Sequence record: MT446421.1
Length of the DNA: 64,000 nucleotides
DNA from: Escherichia virus TH55
Strand: one strand, 5' to 3'
Shown: positions 9,691 through 17,864 of the stretch, piece by piece
Layout: every line of letters starts with the position of its first letter
Numbering within the stretch: position 1 is the first letter of the stretch
Made by a program: the position numbers and the translations under genes
The notes under the pieces: generated by a model
Database searches by the model: none
The model's input: the letters and a program-made list of their open reading frames with translations, nothing else
Told to the model about the DNA's origin: nothing

Positions 9691-9993
9691 TTAATTAAAA
9701 GTTCTTTCAGTATTTTCACCACTGAACCAGACGCTCTTAACGGCTTGCTGGGCGCGATGGAGCTGCTCTGCCATATAAACACCAAGGGCCTCAGCTTTAC
9801 GTGCCCTGTGAGCTTCTGCGGCGACTATTTGCAACTTATCCATCATGATAAGAGCTTTACATTTCTCCTTCAGAGCATATCGCTTCTTCTCTTCTGGAGT
9901 TTTGACCATTCCTCTTAACTTGTGCATTTTCAACTTAAAATGGTCAGCAGATTTCAGACATGCGTCAGTCATGTCAAGTTCATACTTTTTCAT
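9691..9993 (-). CDS. hypothetical basic protein (100 aa)
   Basis: Minus-strand ORF, basic/helical. Confidence 0.45.
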   Translation of the reverse strand: MKKYELDMTDACLKSADHFKLKMHKLRGMVKTPEEKKRYALKEKCKALIMMDKLQIVAAEAHRARKAEALGVYMAEQLHRAQQAVKSVWFSGENTERTFN

Positions 9994-9999
9994 AATTCC

Positions 10000-10206
10000 T
10001 CACTTGCGACGACGTTTTGGTAATGGTTTAGGGAAGAACATTGCTTTACCTGCAGGGGTCAAAGTCACACGCAAAGCATTACCAATACCAAGGGATGCTT
10101 TAACCAGACCTTTGGCTTTTAACTCACCAAATGCTTGACGTTGTTCGGGGTCACGAGTGTTAACCATCAGACCTTTTTCACCAGCAGCTTTGATTAATTC
10201 TAACAT
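10000..10206 (-). CDS. small basic protein (68 aa), possible nucleic-acid binding
   Basis: Preceded by early promoter 10256-10284 and SD GGAG; C-terminal KRRRK tail. Confidence 0.5.
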   Translation of the reverse strand: MLELIKAAGEKGLMVNTRDPEQRQAFGELKAKGLVKASLGIGNALRVTLTPAGKAMFFPKPLPKRRRK

Positions 10207-10255
10207 TTTATTCTCCGTTTGTTCGTTTGTTTATTTGGTAACTCAGTATGGAATC

Positions 10256-10284
10256 ATTATGCATCATGACCATCTGGTTGTACA
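10256..10284 (-). promoter_or_regulatory. T4-type early promoter
   Basis: Minus strand: -35 TGTACA, 17 nt, -10 CATAAT; follows terminator 10299-10320. Confidence 0.6.
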
Positions 10285-10298
10285 CTACTTTTTAAAAT

Positions 10299-10320
10299 AA
10301 AAAAGGACCCCGAAGGGTCC
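10299..10320 (-). terminator. rho-independent terminator
   Basis: Minus-strand RNA GGACCC-UUCG-GGGUCC followed by U6; directly after stop of 10321-10563. Confidence 0.65.
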
Positions 10321-10563
10321 TTAGATTACACTCCAAAAATTATGGAAGCGGATATCATCGATAGCCCAGTTAACAAACATGCGAGTTTGTTTGGGTGTTG
10401 GTTTACATGAGTACTTGTTATTGACCCGACGACCAGTTTCTCGACAGACTGCTTCGAGATACCATCGGCGGCCTTTATGAGGTCTTCCGTATGATAAGAA
10501 GACCTTGATTTCTTTGTTAACGATAATAGGAATTGTGGTTGTCAAGGTATACCTCTTCAACAA
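10321..10563 (-). CDS. hypothetical protein (80 aa)
   Basis: ORF followed by hairpin+U-run terminator; overlaps upstream gene by 47 nt, start uncertain. Confidence 0.4.
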   Translation of the reverse strand: MLKRYTLTTTIPIIVNKEIKVFLSYGRPHKGRRWYLEAVCRETGRRVNNKYSCKPTPKQTRMFVNWAIDDIRFHNFWSVI

Positions 10564-11527
10564 ACTTGTCCCAGAACTTCATGTCCACCTTCACAGGCAT
10601 ACCATTCTTAGCAGCCTGGATGGCCAGAACTTCAACTAAATCGACAGTATCTTCAAGAAGTTCTTGAACTTCTTTAAATGGTAATTCACCAGCTTTAATC
10701 AGCTTAATGATAGAGGCTTCACGCAATGGGAATACCAAGTCACCTGTTTGGTAGATTTCCATCAATTGATACCCTGCACGATATGCATGGCTCAGTGCTT
10801 TCCAGTCAATACCTTCATTAGCTTCAGCCTTACGAGCACGTTCACCATATTCGGCGTCGAGTTTATTCAGAGATTGCTTGAGCTCGATTAATGATAGAGT
10901 AGTTTGGTATTTACGACCGAGGACAGTATAGAACGTTTGAGGACCTGTTTTCTCATGGTTATGAAATACCCATTCGCAGAACTCGTTTTCAGGGAGCCTG
11001 TGTTTGATATCTTCTACCTTAGTACGTCGTTGCTTAGTGGAACCATCTTCTTGATAATCAACCCATTGTTCAGGAATCTGGTTAACAATTTCCAATACAC
11101 CACGCAGTGCAGCCAATCGAGAACCTTTAACACCATATTTGGAAGCTTGCTTACGGACGTACCCCAAATAGGCTTTCATGTTAGTTGTATAGAACCGCGA
11201 ACGGTTGTCTTGAATAAACTTCCATACATCTGGTAAATCGGATTTGACTACCAGGTCAGCCGGTGTGTGAATCATATCCAGAGCAACGGTTTCGCCTTCG
11301 GCTGCCAGTTTAAAGAAATATTTCAGGCTATAAAGTTCATGGTCAACATCATCTTTTGTATTTTTGGTAGCCGTGTTATTCGTGTTCAGGTTGGTATGGT
11401 TCATCGCGGTTCCGAGCAGGATATCTCGCGGATGAGGAACAAAGATTTCTTTAAAATCAACATCAGATTCCGGAGTGCTTGTTCCATAAAGATGGCTACC
11501 GAAGTAGCCTTTCATAACTGTTCTCAT
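10517..11527 (-). CDS. putative pol-beta-superfamily nucleotidyltransferase-like protein (336 aa)
   Basis: N-terminal hG[GS]-x10-DhDh signature (FGSHLYGTSTPESDVDFKEIF) typical of minimal nucleotidyltransferase fold; rest helical; family not identified. Confidence 0.5.
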   Translation of the reverse strand: MRTVMKGYFGSHLYGTSTPESDVDFKEIFVPHPRDILLGTAMNHTNLNTNNTATKNTKDDVDHELYSLKYFFKLAAEGETVALDMIHTPADLVVKSDLPDVWKFIQDNRSRFYTTNMKAYLGYVRKQASKYGVKGSRLAALRGVLEIVNQIPEQWVDYQEDGSTKQRRTKVEDIKHRLPENEFCEWVFHNHEKTGPQTFYTVLGRKYQTTLSLIELKQSLNKLDAEYGERARKAEANEGIDWKALSHAYRAGYQLMEIYQTGDLVFPLREASIIKLIKAGELPFKEVQELLEDTVDLVEVLAIQAAKNGMPVKVDMKFWDKFVEEVYLDNHNSYYR

Positions 11528-11976
11528 TTCTTCGCCTCAAAATGGATTACCGGGCACATCTTAGATTTACGAGCTTTGATATATTGAATGAAAACGTTTT
11601 CTTTAATTTCCTTTCCTTCGCGTTTGGCTAGAATGCGTTGCCATTCCTTTTCTTCTTTACGTAAATCATACCAGGACCATAAATTCATTAGACCGTACAT
11701 AATGCCAAAGGATACCACTAGAATAAGGGCCAGTGTAGCCAGTCCTAAAATAAATCCTAAGCTTAAACCAACCGGCATGCTTAATACAAAGAAATGCTCT
11801 AATACACCAGCCCCCGCGACAGTTAATCCAAAAACCATACTACCGATAAAAACGGCACAAACAAAACAAGCCCAAACCATTTTCCAGAAGTAAGCACACA
11901 AAGAGTGTGGTCGAGAATGACGGTCATAAAAACGGTCGTGTAATTTAACGTGCCAAGAGTTTGCATTGATAATCAT
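11524..11976 (-). CDS. membrane protein (150 aa)
   Basis: Three hydrophobic helices (e.g. VWACFVCAVFIGSMVFGLTVAGAGVL). Confidence 0.5.
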   Translation of the reverse strand: MIINANSWHVKLHDRFYDRHSRPHSLCAYFWKMVWACFVCAVFIGSMVFGLTVAGAGVLEHFFVLSMPVGLSLGFILGLATLALILVVSFGIMYGLMNLWSWYDLRKEEKEWQRILAKREGKEIKENVFIQYIKARKSKMCPVIHFEAKK

Positions 11977-11986
11977 AATATTTTCC

Positions 11987-12547
11987 TTAAGAGTTCATAG
12001 TTGGGATAACAGAGTTCAGATAAGAGACTAAAACTTTTAGCTCGTCCTTAGTAAATACCACTTCATTAAAACCATCGTGTACTTGGGTAATACATAGTTG
12101 GTCACGACCGTCATGTTGAACAACAGTCAGTTCAGTATTATAATTTAATTCTTCTTCGTCGCCGTCAAAGGTTTCGCTGGAGCGAATCAGTGCATCTTGG
12201 CCTGGTACTTTCCATTCGACTTCTGGCTTACATTCTTCCTGGAACAGTTTGAAAATACAATCAAAGAATTTATCAGAATCGCTAATGCTCAGACATTTTT
12301 CATCTGTTTCAATATTAAACCCACCATCGTGCTTATAAATGCGAGCGCATACATCATCGTTAATATCAAATACACCACTAAAACTACCGCTAAGATAATC
12401 CTGTTTATCTAAAACCTTTAAAGCATAAAGTGGTTTAATATCTTGGATAGTCAGTACGATTTTATCGTCTTCTTGACAAAGCTCAATTGCATTATTAACT
12501 ACTTCAGCGGTCAGTTCGCCAAACAATTCAGTTGTTTCAATAATCAT
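11987..12547 (-). CDS. hypothetical acidic protein (186 aa)
   Basis: Minus-strand ORF; strongly acidic. Confidence 0.5.
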   Translation of the reverse strand: MIIETTELFGELTAEVVNNAIELCQEDDKIVLTIQDIKPLYALKVLDKQDYLSGSFSGVFDINDDVCARIYKHDGGFNIETDEKCLSISDSDKFFDCIFKLFQEECKPEVEWKVPGQDALIRSSETFDGDEEELNYNTELTVVQHDGRDQLCITQVHDGFNEVVFTKDELKVLVSYLNSVIPTMNS

Positions 12548-12557
12548 TTTCTGTTCC

Positions 12558-12842
12558 TCAACGGTTATGTTTTAAAATACTATAAAGTGCTTCTACTTGG
12601 CTTGCATCCAGGTAAATAACATCATCATCTTGCTCAATGGAAATCCCACCGGTATTACCTTTAACAAAATTACATTCGCATACTTCAACTGGGCGGTATA
12701 CGTCACCAACTGGATGCTCAGGCTCCAGAACAATCACACCATTTTCAGAATTGCCGCTTGGGTCATATAACATTACATTTTCCTCACTAACCACGAAAAG
12801 AATAAACCGATTAAAATAGGACCTATAATCATTGTTGACCAA
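12558..12842 (-). CDS. hypothetical protein (94 aa)
   Basis: Minus-strand ORF. Confidence 0.45.
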   Translation of the reverse strand: MVNNDYRSYFNRFILFVVSEENVMLYDPSGNSENGVIVLEPEHPVGDVYRPVEVCECNFVKGNTGGISIEQDDDVIYLDASQVEALYSILKHNR

Positions 12843-12864
12843 GCCCAGGGTTCTAAGTAATAAA

Positions 12865-13122
12865 TCATCTCATGCTCCTGTGCCAACAATTTCTTGGTTC
12901 ACGTTTAAAAATTTCATCATGCATTGATTGACAACCAACACAATATATCACACCTTTAATCGCTTGTCTCCGCGCTTCAGGAATTTTTTCGTCGCAGTCA
13001 AAACAGAATTCAGCAGACTCCCTTTCAACTGCAACTTGTGCTCGTGCGTGAACGATAGCGGCTTGGACAACCGCTTCCATCTCTAACTGTTCAGCACCAT
13101 CTTTTGCAAATCCAACAGCCAT
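12865..13122 (-). CDS. TraR/DksA-type C4 zinc-finger protein (85 aa)
   Basis: CFDC-x17-CVGC four-Cys motif at C-terminus preceded by helical region. Confidence 0.5.
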   Translation of the reverse strand: MAVGFAKDGAEQLEMEAVVQAAIVHARAQVAVERESAEFCFDCDEKIPEARRQAIKGVIYCVGCQSMHDEIFKREPRNCWHRSMR

Positions 13123-13304
13123 TATTCTTTCAACTCATTCAGATAAGCAATTAATTCTTCTTTAGAACTATTCAAATCACGCTTGCACTGTTCTATTCCA
13201 GAATATGAATAACCTTCACAATATTCAACAGCCAGGTCATTGGATGCATTTTCAATGTGCCAGGCGAGTTTGATAATTTTTTCAATCTGTTCAGTAGTTA
13301 ACAT
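13122..13304 (-). CDS. hypothetical protein (60 aa)
   Basis: Short ORF with 1-nt stop/start overlap with neighbour. Confidence 0.4.
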   Translation of the reverse strand: MLTTEQIEKIIKLAWHIENASNDLAVEYCEGYSYSGIEQCKRDLNSSKEELIAYLNELKE

Positions 13305-13308
13305 AATA

Positions 13309-13545
13309 TCACCAGTATTTTTTGATAGTAGAAATTAATTCTTGGACTTGAGTGGTCTTCAGCTTACACCCACAACCTTTTAAGGTGTCTTTAAGGAGCC
13401 ATGGCTCTTTGAGCTCATCCTTTTCCAGGCGAATTCTATATCCGCGGTAATCAGCAAATATGCTTCCGTCATCAAATATCTTAATTTCAAGAATATGATT
13501 ATTGGTTTCATATTCCAATGAAACCATGGTATTTGTAAGTTTCAT
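13309..13545 (-). CDS. hypothetical protein (78 aa)
   Basis: Short ORF with stop/start overlap with neighbour. Confidence 0.4.
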   Translation of the reverse strand: MKLTNTMVSLEYETNNHILEIKIFDDGSIFADYRGYRIRLEKDELKEPWLLKDTLKGCGCKLKTTQVQELISTIKKYW

Positions 13546-13748
13546 TATTCCACCACATATGATAATGAGAAAATTGCTGATGAAAGATGAGTAGCATCTT
13601 CTTCACACAGTTCAAATGGAGCTTTCTGCAAGAGTTCAACAACTTCTTCATCAGTGGCACTGTCCATAAAGATTGCATAATCATTAAGATAGATAACAAC
13701 CTCATCACCAGTATTAACTGCATCAATCTTGATATTTTTAATTCTCAT
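13545..13748 (-). CDS. hypothetical protein (67 aa)
   Basis: Preceded by early promoter 13777-13806 and SD GGAG. Confidence 0.45.
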   Translation of the reverse strand: MRIKNIKIDAVNTGDEVVIYLNDYAIFMDSATDEEVVELLQKAPFELCEEDATHLSSAIFSLSYVVE

Positions 13749-13776
13749 TGTATTCTCCTCAGTAGTTGATGGGATA

Positions 13777-13806
13777 ATAGTACACCCTTTTTATGAGGAT
13801 GTAAAC
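13777..13806 (-). promoter_or_regulatory. T4-type early promoter
   Basis: Minus strand: -35 GTTTACA, 17 nt, -10 TACTAT; follows terminator 13816-13841. Confidence 0.6.
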
Positions 13807-13815
13807 CCCTAAATG

Positions 13816-13841
13816 AAAAAAGGCCCACCCGAAGGCAGACC
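13816..13841 (-). terminator. rho-independent terminator
   Basis: Minus-strand RNA GGUCUGCC-UUCG-GGUGGGCC (with G-U pairs) followed by U6. Confidence 0.6.
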
Positions 13842-13848
13842 TTTTGAA

Positions 13849-14232
13849 TTACTCTAGTGTTAACAGATACTTAGTCTGAAAGAAAACTCCAACGATATCG
13901 TCCAGAGTCGATTGAATAGCCTTAGGTACAACTTTATAGACTCTTTCCGAGCTTTTAATCATTTCATCTAAAAACAAAATTGTATCTTTCGGCAAGTCCG
14001 AGGCGGACGGTAATGCAGCTTTGTATTGTTTCCCGCTGTAACCTAACCATTGCTCACTGAACTGGTCGAGTGGACCTTGGATTTCTGTGAAGTAGAAATC
14101 ATAAGCTTTATGGCGGGCGTAACTTTTGGTTTCAAGATGGGCGGATTTAAAATAAGCCAAAGAGACTAACAACCACCCAATATATGAATCCACCTCAGAC
14201 CCACGACCCGTTACGAAATCATCAAATTTCAT
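13849..14232 (-). CDS. hypothetical protein (127 aa; position of T4 rI.-1)
   Basis: ORF directly downstream of rI, followed by UUCG-hairpin terminator. Confidence 0.5.
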   Translation of the reverse strand: MKFDDFVTGRGSEVDSYIGWLLVSLAYFKSAHLETKSYARHKAYDFYFTEIQGPLDQFSEQWLGYSGKQYKAALPSASDLPKDTILFLDEMIKSSERVYKVVPKAIQSTLDDIVGVFFQTKYLLTLE

Positions 14233-14515
14233 CTTCCAATTTTACCTTCATTAATTTAGCGTATTCGACTGCAGCAGCACGGCCATCAATTTGACATGTG
14301 ATTTCATTTACACATTGACTCTTATTGTTCCATTCAGTTTTAATAAAAGCCCAAAATTGTTCGGACTGCTCGACGCTGGGTTCTTTGAATTGCGAATAGA
14401 TTTGCATCGCACTATCTGCATACTGGGTAAATTTACCATCTGTCGCAGAGGACATATTTGGGCCTAAACAGCCCATTAGTAATAGACTTAGAGAAAGTCC
14501 TCGAATAAGGTCCAT
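14222..14515 (-). CDS. rI: lysis inhibition regulator rI (membrane-anchored antiholin)
   Basis: From M17, 97 aa (same as T4 RI); signal-anchor then SVEQSEQFWAFIKT / AKLMKVKLEDE matching remembered T4 RI; minus-strand TATAAATA at 14587-14594. Confidence 0.7.
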   Translation of the reverse strand: MDLIRGLSLSLLLMGCLGPNMSSATDGKFTQYADSAMQIYSQFKEPSVEQSEQFWAFIKTEWNNKSQCVNEITCQIDGRAAAVEYAKLMKVKLEDEI

Positions 14516-14586
14516 AAAGGACTCCTTATTGTTGGTCATGATTACGCTTTGCAGCCTTAACATAGCGGAATACTAGTTAGTAACTG

Positions 14587-14594
14587 TATTTATA
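14587..14594 (-). promoter_or_regulatory. late promoter TATAAATA (rI)
   Basis: Exact T4 late consensus on minus strand between rI and upstream gene. Confidence 0.5.
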
Positions 14595-14865
14595 ATCTTT
14601 TAAATTTGAAACAATACATTGCAAATAAATCAGAAAAATGTCTATCAACCCATATTCTTTGCACTGGACTAGTCACAGTCAGCATATAATGTGATTTTTG
14701 TAAATTTATTCCATTTTTATTCGGGCATTCTTTATTAACAGAATGGTACGTGCTTGCTACTATTTCAATTTCCCTTTCATATCTCTCGCTATCTGTTTGT
14801 GTGGGAATAAATGCAATTCCAGCAATAACAAAAATAGAGATATACGTCCAAACCTTGTATACCAT
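14590..14865 (-). CDS. hypothetical membrane-anchored protein (91 aa)
   Basis: N-terminal hydrophobic segment; between tk and rI. Confidence 0.45.
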   Translation of the reverse strand: MVYKVWTYISIFVIAGIAFIPTQTDSERYEREIEIVASTYHSVNKECPNKNGINLQKSHYMLTVTSPVQRIWVDRHFSDLFAMYCFKFKRL

Positions 14866-14872
14866 GCGAACC

Positions 14873-15445
14873 TCAGCTTGTTAATTCGAGCCAGTGTTTT
14901 CTGCATAAAGATACGTACGATTCATTCCCACCGACTAACACTTGCTCGCCGTCCTTTACAGCAGCACCGTCGATTACTCTCGCGGTCATGGTTGCTTTCC
15001 GGCCGCAATGACAGACGCCCTTTAATTCAACCAGTTTATCCGAAATAGCCAGAAGTCTGGCTGAACCGGGAAATAATTGACCCCGAAAATCTGTTCTTAA
15101 CCCGTAACACATAACGGGGATATTGTAATTATCAACCACTTGAGCTAACTGGTCAATTTGCTCTGGTAACAAAAATTGAGCTTCATCGACCAGGACACAA
15201 TGGATATCCTTTTGAGACTCGGCCCATTTATAGAATTCAAACAGGTTCATGTCGGCCGTTACCAGGTTTGCTTCCTGGCTAATACCAATACGTGATTTAA
15301 TTTCAGATTCCGAGTCCCGATTATCAATAACAGGTTTTAGCAAAAGCACACTCATTCCACGCTCTTTATAGGAATAAGCTGCAGTCAGCAATGAAGCTGT
15401 TTTGCCTGCATTCATTGCTGCGTAATGATAAATTAAACTCGCCAT
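14873..15445 (-). CDS. tk: thymidine kinase
   Basis: 190 aa; P-loop NAGKTASL, C-terminal zinc Cys pairs (CHCG...CRKHW); T4 order rI-tk. Confidence 0.92.
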   Translation of the reverse strand: MASLIYHYAAMNAGKTASLLTAAYSYKERGMSVLLLKPVIDNRDSESEIKSRIGISQEANLVTADMNLFEFYKWAESQKDIHCVLVDEAQFLLPEQIDQLAQVVDNYNIPVMCYGLRTDFRGQLFPGSARLLAISDKLVELKGVCHCGRKATMTARVIDGAAVKDGEQVLVGGNESYVSLCRKHWLELTS

Positions 15446-15454
15446 ATCACCTTC

Positions 15455-15640
15455 TTAAAGCGTATTCACATAAGCTATTAATTCGTTTTCTTTCGCATCA
15501 AATCGATTAGCAAATTCTTCTTGCTGTTCGGGAGATAGCGGGCCATATTCATCGTAAAAAGCGTTTGCTTCTGTATGCTCATCCAAAAGCTCATGGATAA
15601 GCTCAAACAATCTACTTTTCTGACTAATACTTAAACTCAT
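15455..15640 (-). CDS. hypothetical acidic protein (61 aa)
   Basis: Short ORF, stop/start overlap with next gene. Confidence 0.4.
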   Translation of the reverse strand: MSLSISQKSRLFELIHELLDEHTEANAFYDEYGPLSPEQQEEFANRFDAKENELIAYVNTL

Positions 15641-15843
15641 TTCGGTTCACCATATCGCACAAATTTAGGATGTTCGCAATAACCAGAATGAAAACCTTCA
15701 CCCTTATGATTAGAACATCCTTTATTAGAACAGTACCACCAGTAATCAAATTCACATTCCATTTCGTCGTTGCATAAAGCTGCGATTACTGGCCATTCGC
15801 ATTTTTCACATTTGGCCGTTTTAAGAATTCGGGCTTGACTCAT
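15637..15843 (-). CDS. Cys-rich small protein (68 aa), probable zinc binding
   Basis: Cys/His pattern CEKCEW...CNDEMEC...CSNKGCSNH...CEH. Confidence 0.45.
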   Translation of the reverse strand: MSQARILKTAKCEKCEWPVIAALCNDEMECEFDYWWYCSNKGCSNHKGEGFHSGYCEHPKFVRYGEPK

Positions 15844-16016
15844 AATTCAATTCCATCCATAACCAAAATTCTTTTTCGTTGGGTCTTGAGAGCTTCGTTA
15901 GCCCGGTCATAATCTTCTTGACTACCGCTAGGCTGTAAAGCCGCTACCTTTTTGGCCAAGTGAATAAGCTTATCCAAGTTTTCAACAATACGTTCTTGTT
16001 CTTCATTCAGGCTCAT
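15840..16016 (-). CDS. hypothetical small protein (58 aa, below ORF-track cutoff)
   Basis: Hand-translated MSLNEEQERIVENLDKLIH...; stop overlaps next start (TTATGA). Confidence 0.3.
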   Translation of the reverse strand: MSLNEEQERIVENLDKLIHLAKKVAALQPSGSQEDYDRANEALKTQRKRILVMDGIEL

Positions 16017-16467
16017 AATCCACCACTATTAAATCAATATCAGGAGTAAACATGTCGATTAATTTAGAAACCTTTTCCCAATCTCCACCTGCAATACCAC
16101 AACCAATGCGAGGAATGTAAATTACCGGTTTAAACAAAAGGGTTTCTGCTTGTAGATTTAATTCTATCATACAATTTACTAAAGCACCATAATCAAGATT
16201 AGGGCCCGGTTCATATTGAGTGTACAAATTATAACACATACCAAACCCAGTAGGTTTATGTTTAAAAACAATAGACATATCGCCTAATTTATCACGAGAA
16301 CCATATTCAGTGGTGGTTTTATCTATTTCTAAAACTTTTGGATAGGCCTTCGCCAACTGTCCAGCTACACCAGAACCCATTGTGTGGAAGCAGTTACAAC
16401 CATGAGCAATAATATTGCCTTGAAGAAAGAGGGCGACGATATCGCCCTTAATATACTGGGTAATCAT
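16003..16467 (-). CDS. macro-domain protein (ADP-ribose binding / hydrolase fold)
   Basis: 154 aa; N-terminal GDIV...AHGCNC...MGSGVAGQL and C-terminal IPRIGCGIAGGDW match macro-domain motifs. Confidence 0.6.
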   Translation of the reverse strand: MITQYIKGDIVALFLQGNIIAHGCNCFHTMGSGVAGQLAKAYPKVLEIDKTTTEYGSRDKLGDMSIVFKHKPTGFGMCYNLYTQYEPGPNLDYGALVNCMIELNLQAETLLFKPVIYIPRIGCGIAGGDWEKVSKLIDMFTPDIDLIVVDYEPE

Positions 16468-16823
16468 TTAGAGTTCAATCCTCTATTATATGAATCCACT
16501 AACCTGTCAACCATACTGGTGCAGGCCGCCTTATATTTTGCACTTGAAAGAATGCAATCCATTTCAAATAATTTCTTTTCATATTTGTTGGATAATACAT
16601 TCTTTTTCAAAAGTGTATGTTCAACATCATTTTGGCCATCTTTATATGCCGCGGTGAGCTTGGCGCTGAACTGGATTACACAATCCACATTGCTTGGTGC
16701 GCAATAATCTTTAGCCGTCCTCGTTGCATATTCTATGATGCTGTTGTTGTCATCGCTCTGTACTGAAGCTATTCCTCCCATGCTGAATACTAACCCTATG
16801 GCTAAAGTGATAACTCTTACCAT
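16464..16823 (-). CDS. secreted/periplasmic protein (119 aa)
   Basis: N-terminal signal-peptide-like segment (MVRVITLAIGLVFSMGGIASVQS); four Cys. Confidence 0.5.
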   Translation of the reverse strand: MVRVITLAIGLVFSMGGIASVQSDDNNSIIEYATRTAKDYCAPSNVDCVIQFSAKLTAAYKDGQNDVEHTLLKKNVLSNKYEKKLFEMDCILSSAKYKAACTSMVDRLVDSYNRGLNSK

Positions 16824-16825
16824 TT

Positions 16826-17368
16826 TTAATCCACCGTTTTTAATAGGCCTCGTGATTTTAAGTAGTTAGCTTTTTCTAGGACCTGTGAAGCATACGTATT
16901 ACCAGCTTTCACATTCCATCCTGCGTTATATGATGATAGTGTTTTCCTTATATCCCCCTTATGAATATTCAACCAGTATGAAAGCTCAATGTAAGCCCAG
17001 CGTGCACTGTTCTCTCTCTTGCTTATCATTTTGATTATTTCTTTATCTGTCATTGTCCACCCAACCTGTTTCACGCGTTCGCGCACGGTTGGAAGATAAT
17101 TTTGGAATATACCATATGCATGATGCTTATCTTTATTTAATCCAGTATTAATCCCAGCAGAACTCTCCTGCCAGGTTAAACCAGCCATGATATATCCCAA
17201 ACCATTATGTTGGTGCGGATTTTCTTTGTACTTACCATTTTTCTGGAACTGTTCTCCAAACGCATAAGCATATTGGAGGTTTTCCATTTGTTCATTACTG
17301 AAAGTAGGCTCTACGCTATGGGCAGACATACTAACTGTCAATAGTAAGGTGGCGATTACTTTTTTCAT
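16826..17368 (-). CDS. periplasmic lytic transglycosylase-like protein (SLT family)
   Basis: Signal peptide (MKKVIATLLLTVSMSAHS); SLT motifs WQESSAG...AYGIFQ...SYNAGW. Confidence 0.6.
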   Translation of the reverse strand: MKKVIATLLLTVSMSAHSVEPTFSNEQMENLQYAYAFGEQFQKNGKYKENPHQHNGLGYIMAGLTWQESSAGINTGLNKDKHHAYGIFQNYLPTVRERVKQVGWTMTDKEIIKMISKRENSARWAYIELSYWLNIHKGDIRKTLSSYNAGWNVKAGNTYASQVLEKANYLKSRGLLKTVD

Positions 17369-17378
17369 GAATTCCCCA

Positions 17379-17837
17379 TTAGATATAAATCACTTTTGTG
17401 CTAATTTTTCCTTCCAGACGATTAGAGTTAACAAACGCCATACGACAACACATGGTCGGAGACTTCCCAGGAATAGCGGGGTTAACTGTCATTCCTAACC
17501 ATAGGTTCTTGTCCGTGATTTCCAGACGAAGTGGACGGTAGTTCACATTCGGGTCAATTTGTGCTTCAACTTCCGGGAGTGGTTTCATCTCCAAGAATTC
17601 AACGATTTCTTTTACATGTGGTGTGATTTTTCCAAACAAGTCAAAAACATATTGTTCATCAATTTCACGCTGGATTGCACGGTCCAACAGGTGTGGACTG
17701 TACTTAATGAAGAATGCCTCAAGGCCTGCTTCTTTACAAGCCTTGTTGATAGCATTATTAATTTTGAGGAACTCCGTTTCAAAAATGCGACGAAGTTTAT
17801 TGCGGCGAATGTAAACACTTGAATCGATAGTAGTCAT
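17379..17837 (-). CDS. regB: endoribonuclease RegB (cleaves GGAG in early mRNAs)
   Basis: From M20 (MTTIDSS), about 152 aa; close match to remembered T4 RegB (VYIRRNKLRR...LLDRAIQREIDE...RPLRLEITDKNLWLG); promoter lies inside the longer ORF-track frame. Confidence 0.88.
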   Translation of the reverse strand: MTTIDSSVYIRRNKLRRIFETEFLKINNAINKACKEAGLEAFFIKYSPHLLDRAIQREIDEQYVFDLFGKITPHVKEIVEFLEMKPLPEVEAQIDPNVNYRPLRLEITDKNLWLGMTVNPAIPGKSPTMCCRMAFVNSNRLEGKISTKVIYI

Positions 17838-17864
17838 GATTATCTCCTTTTGTTTGATGGGATA

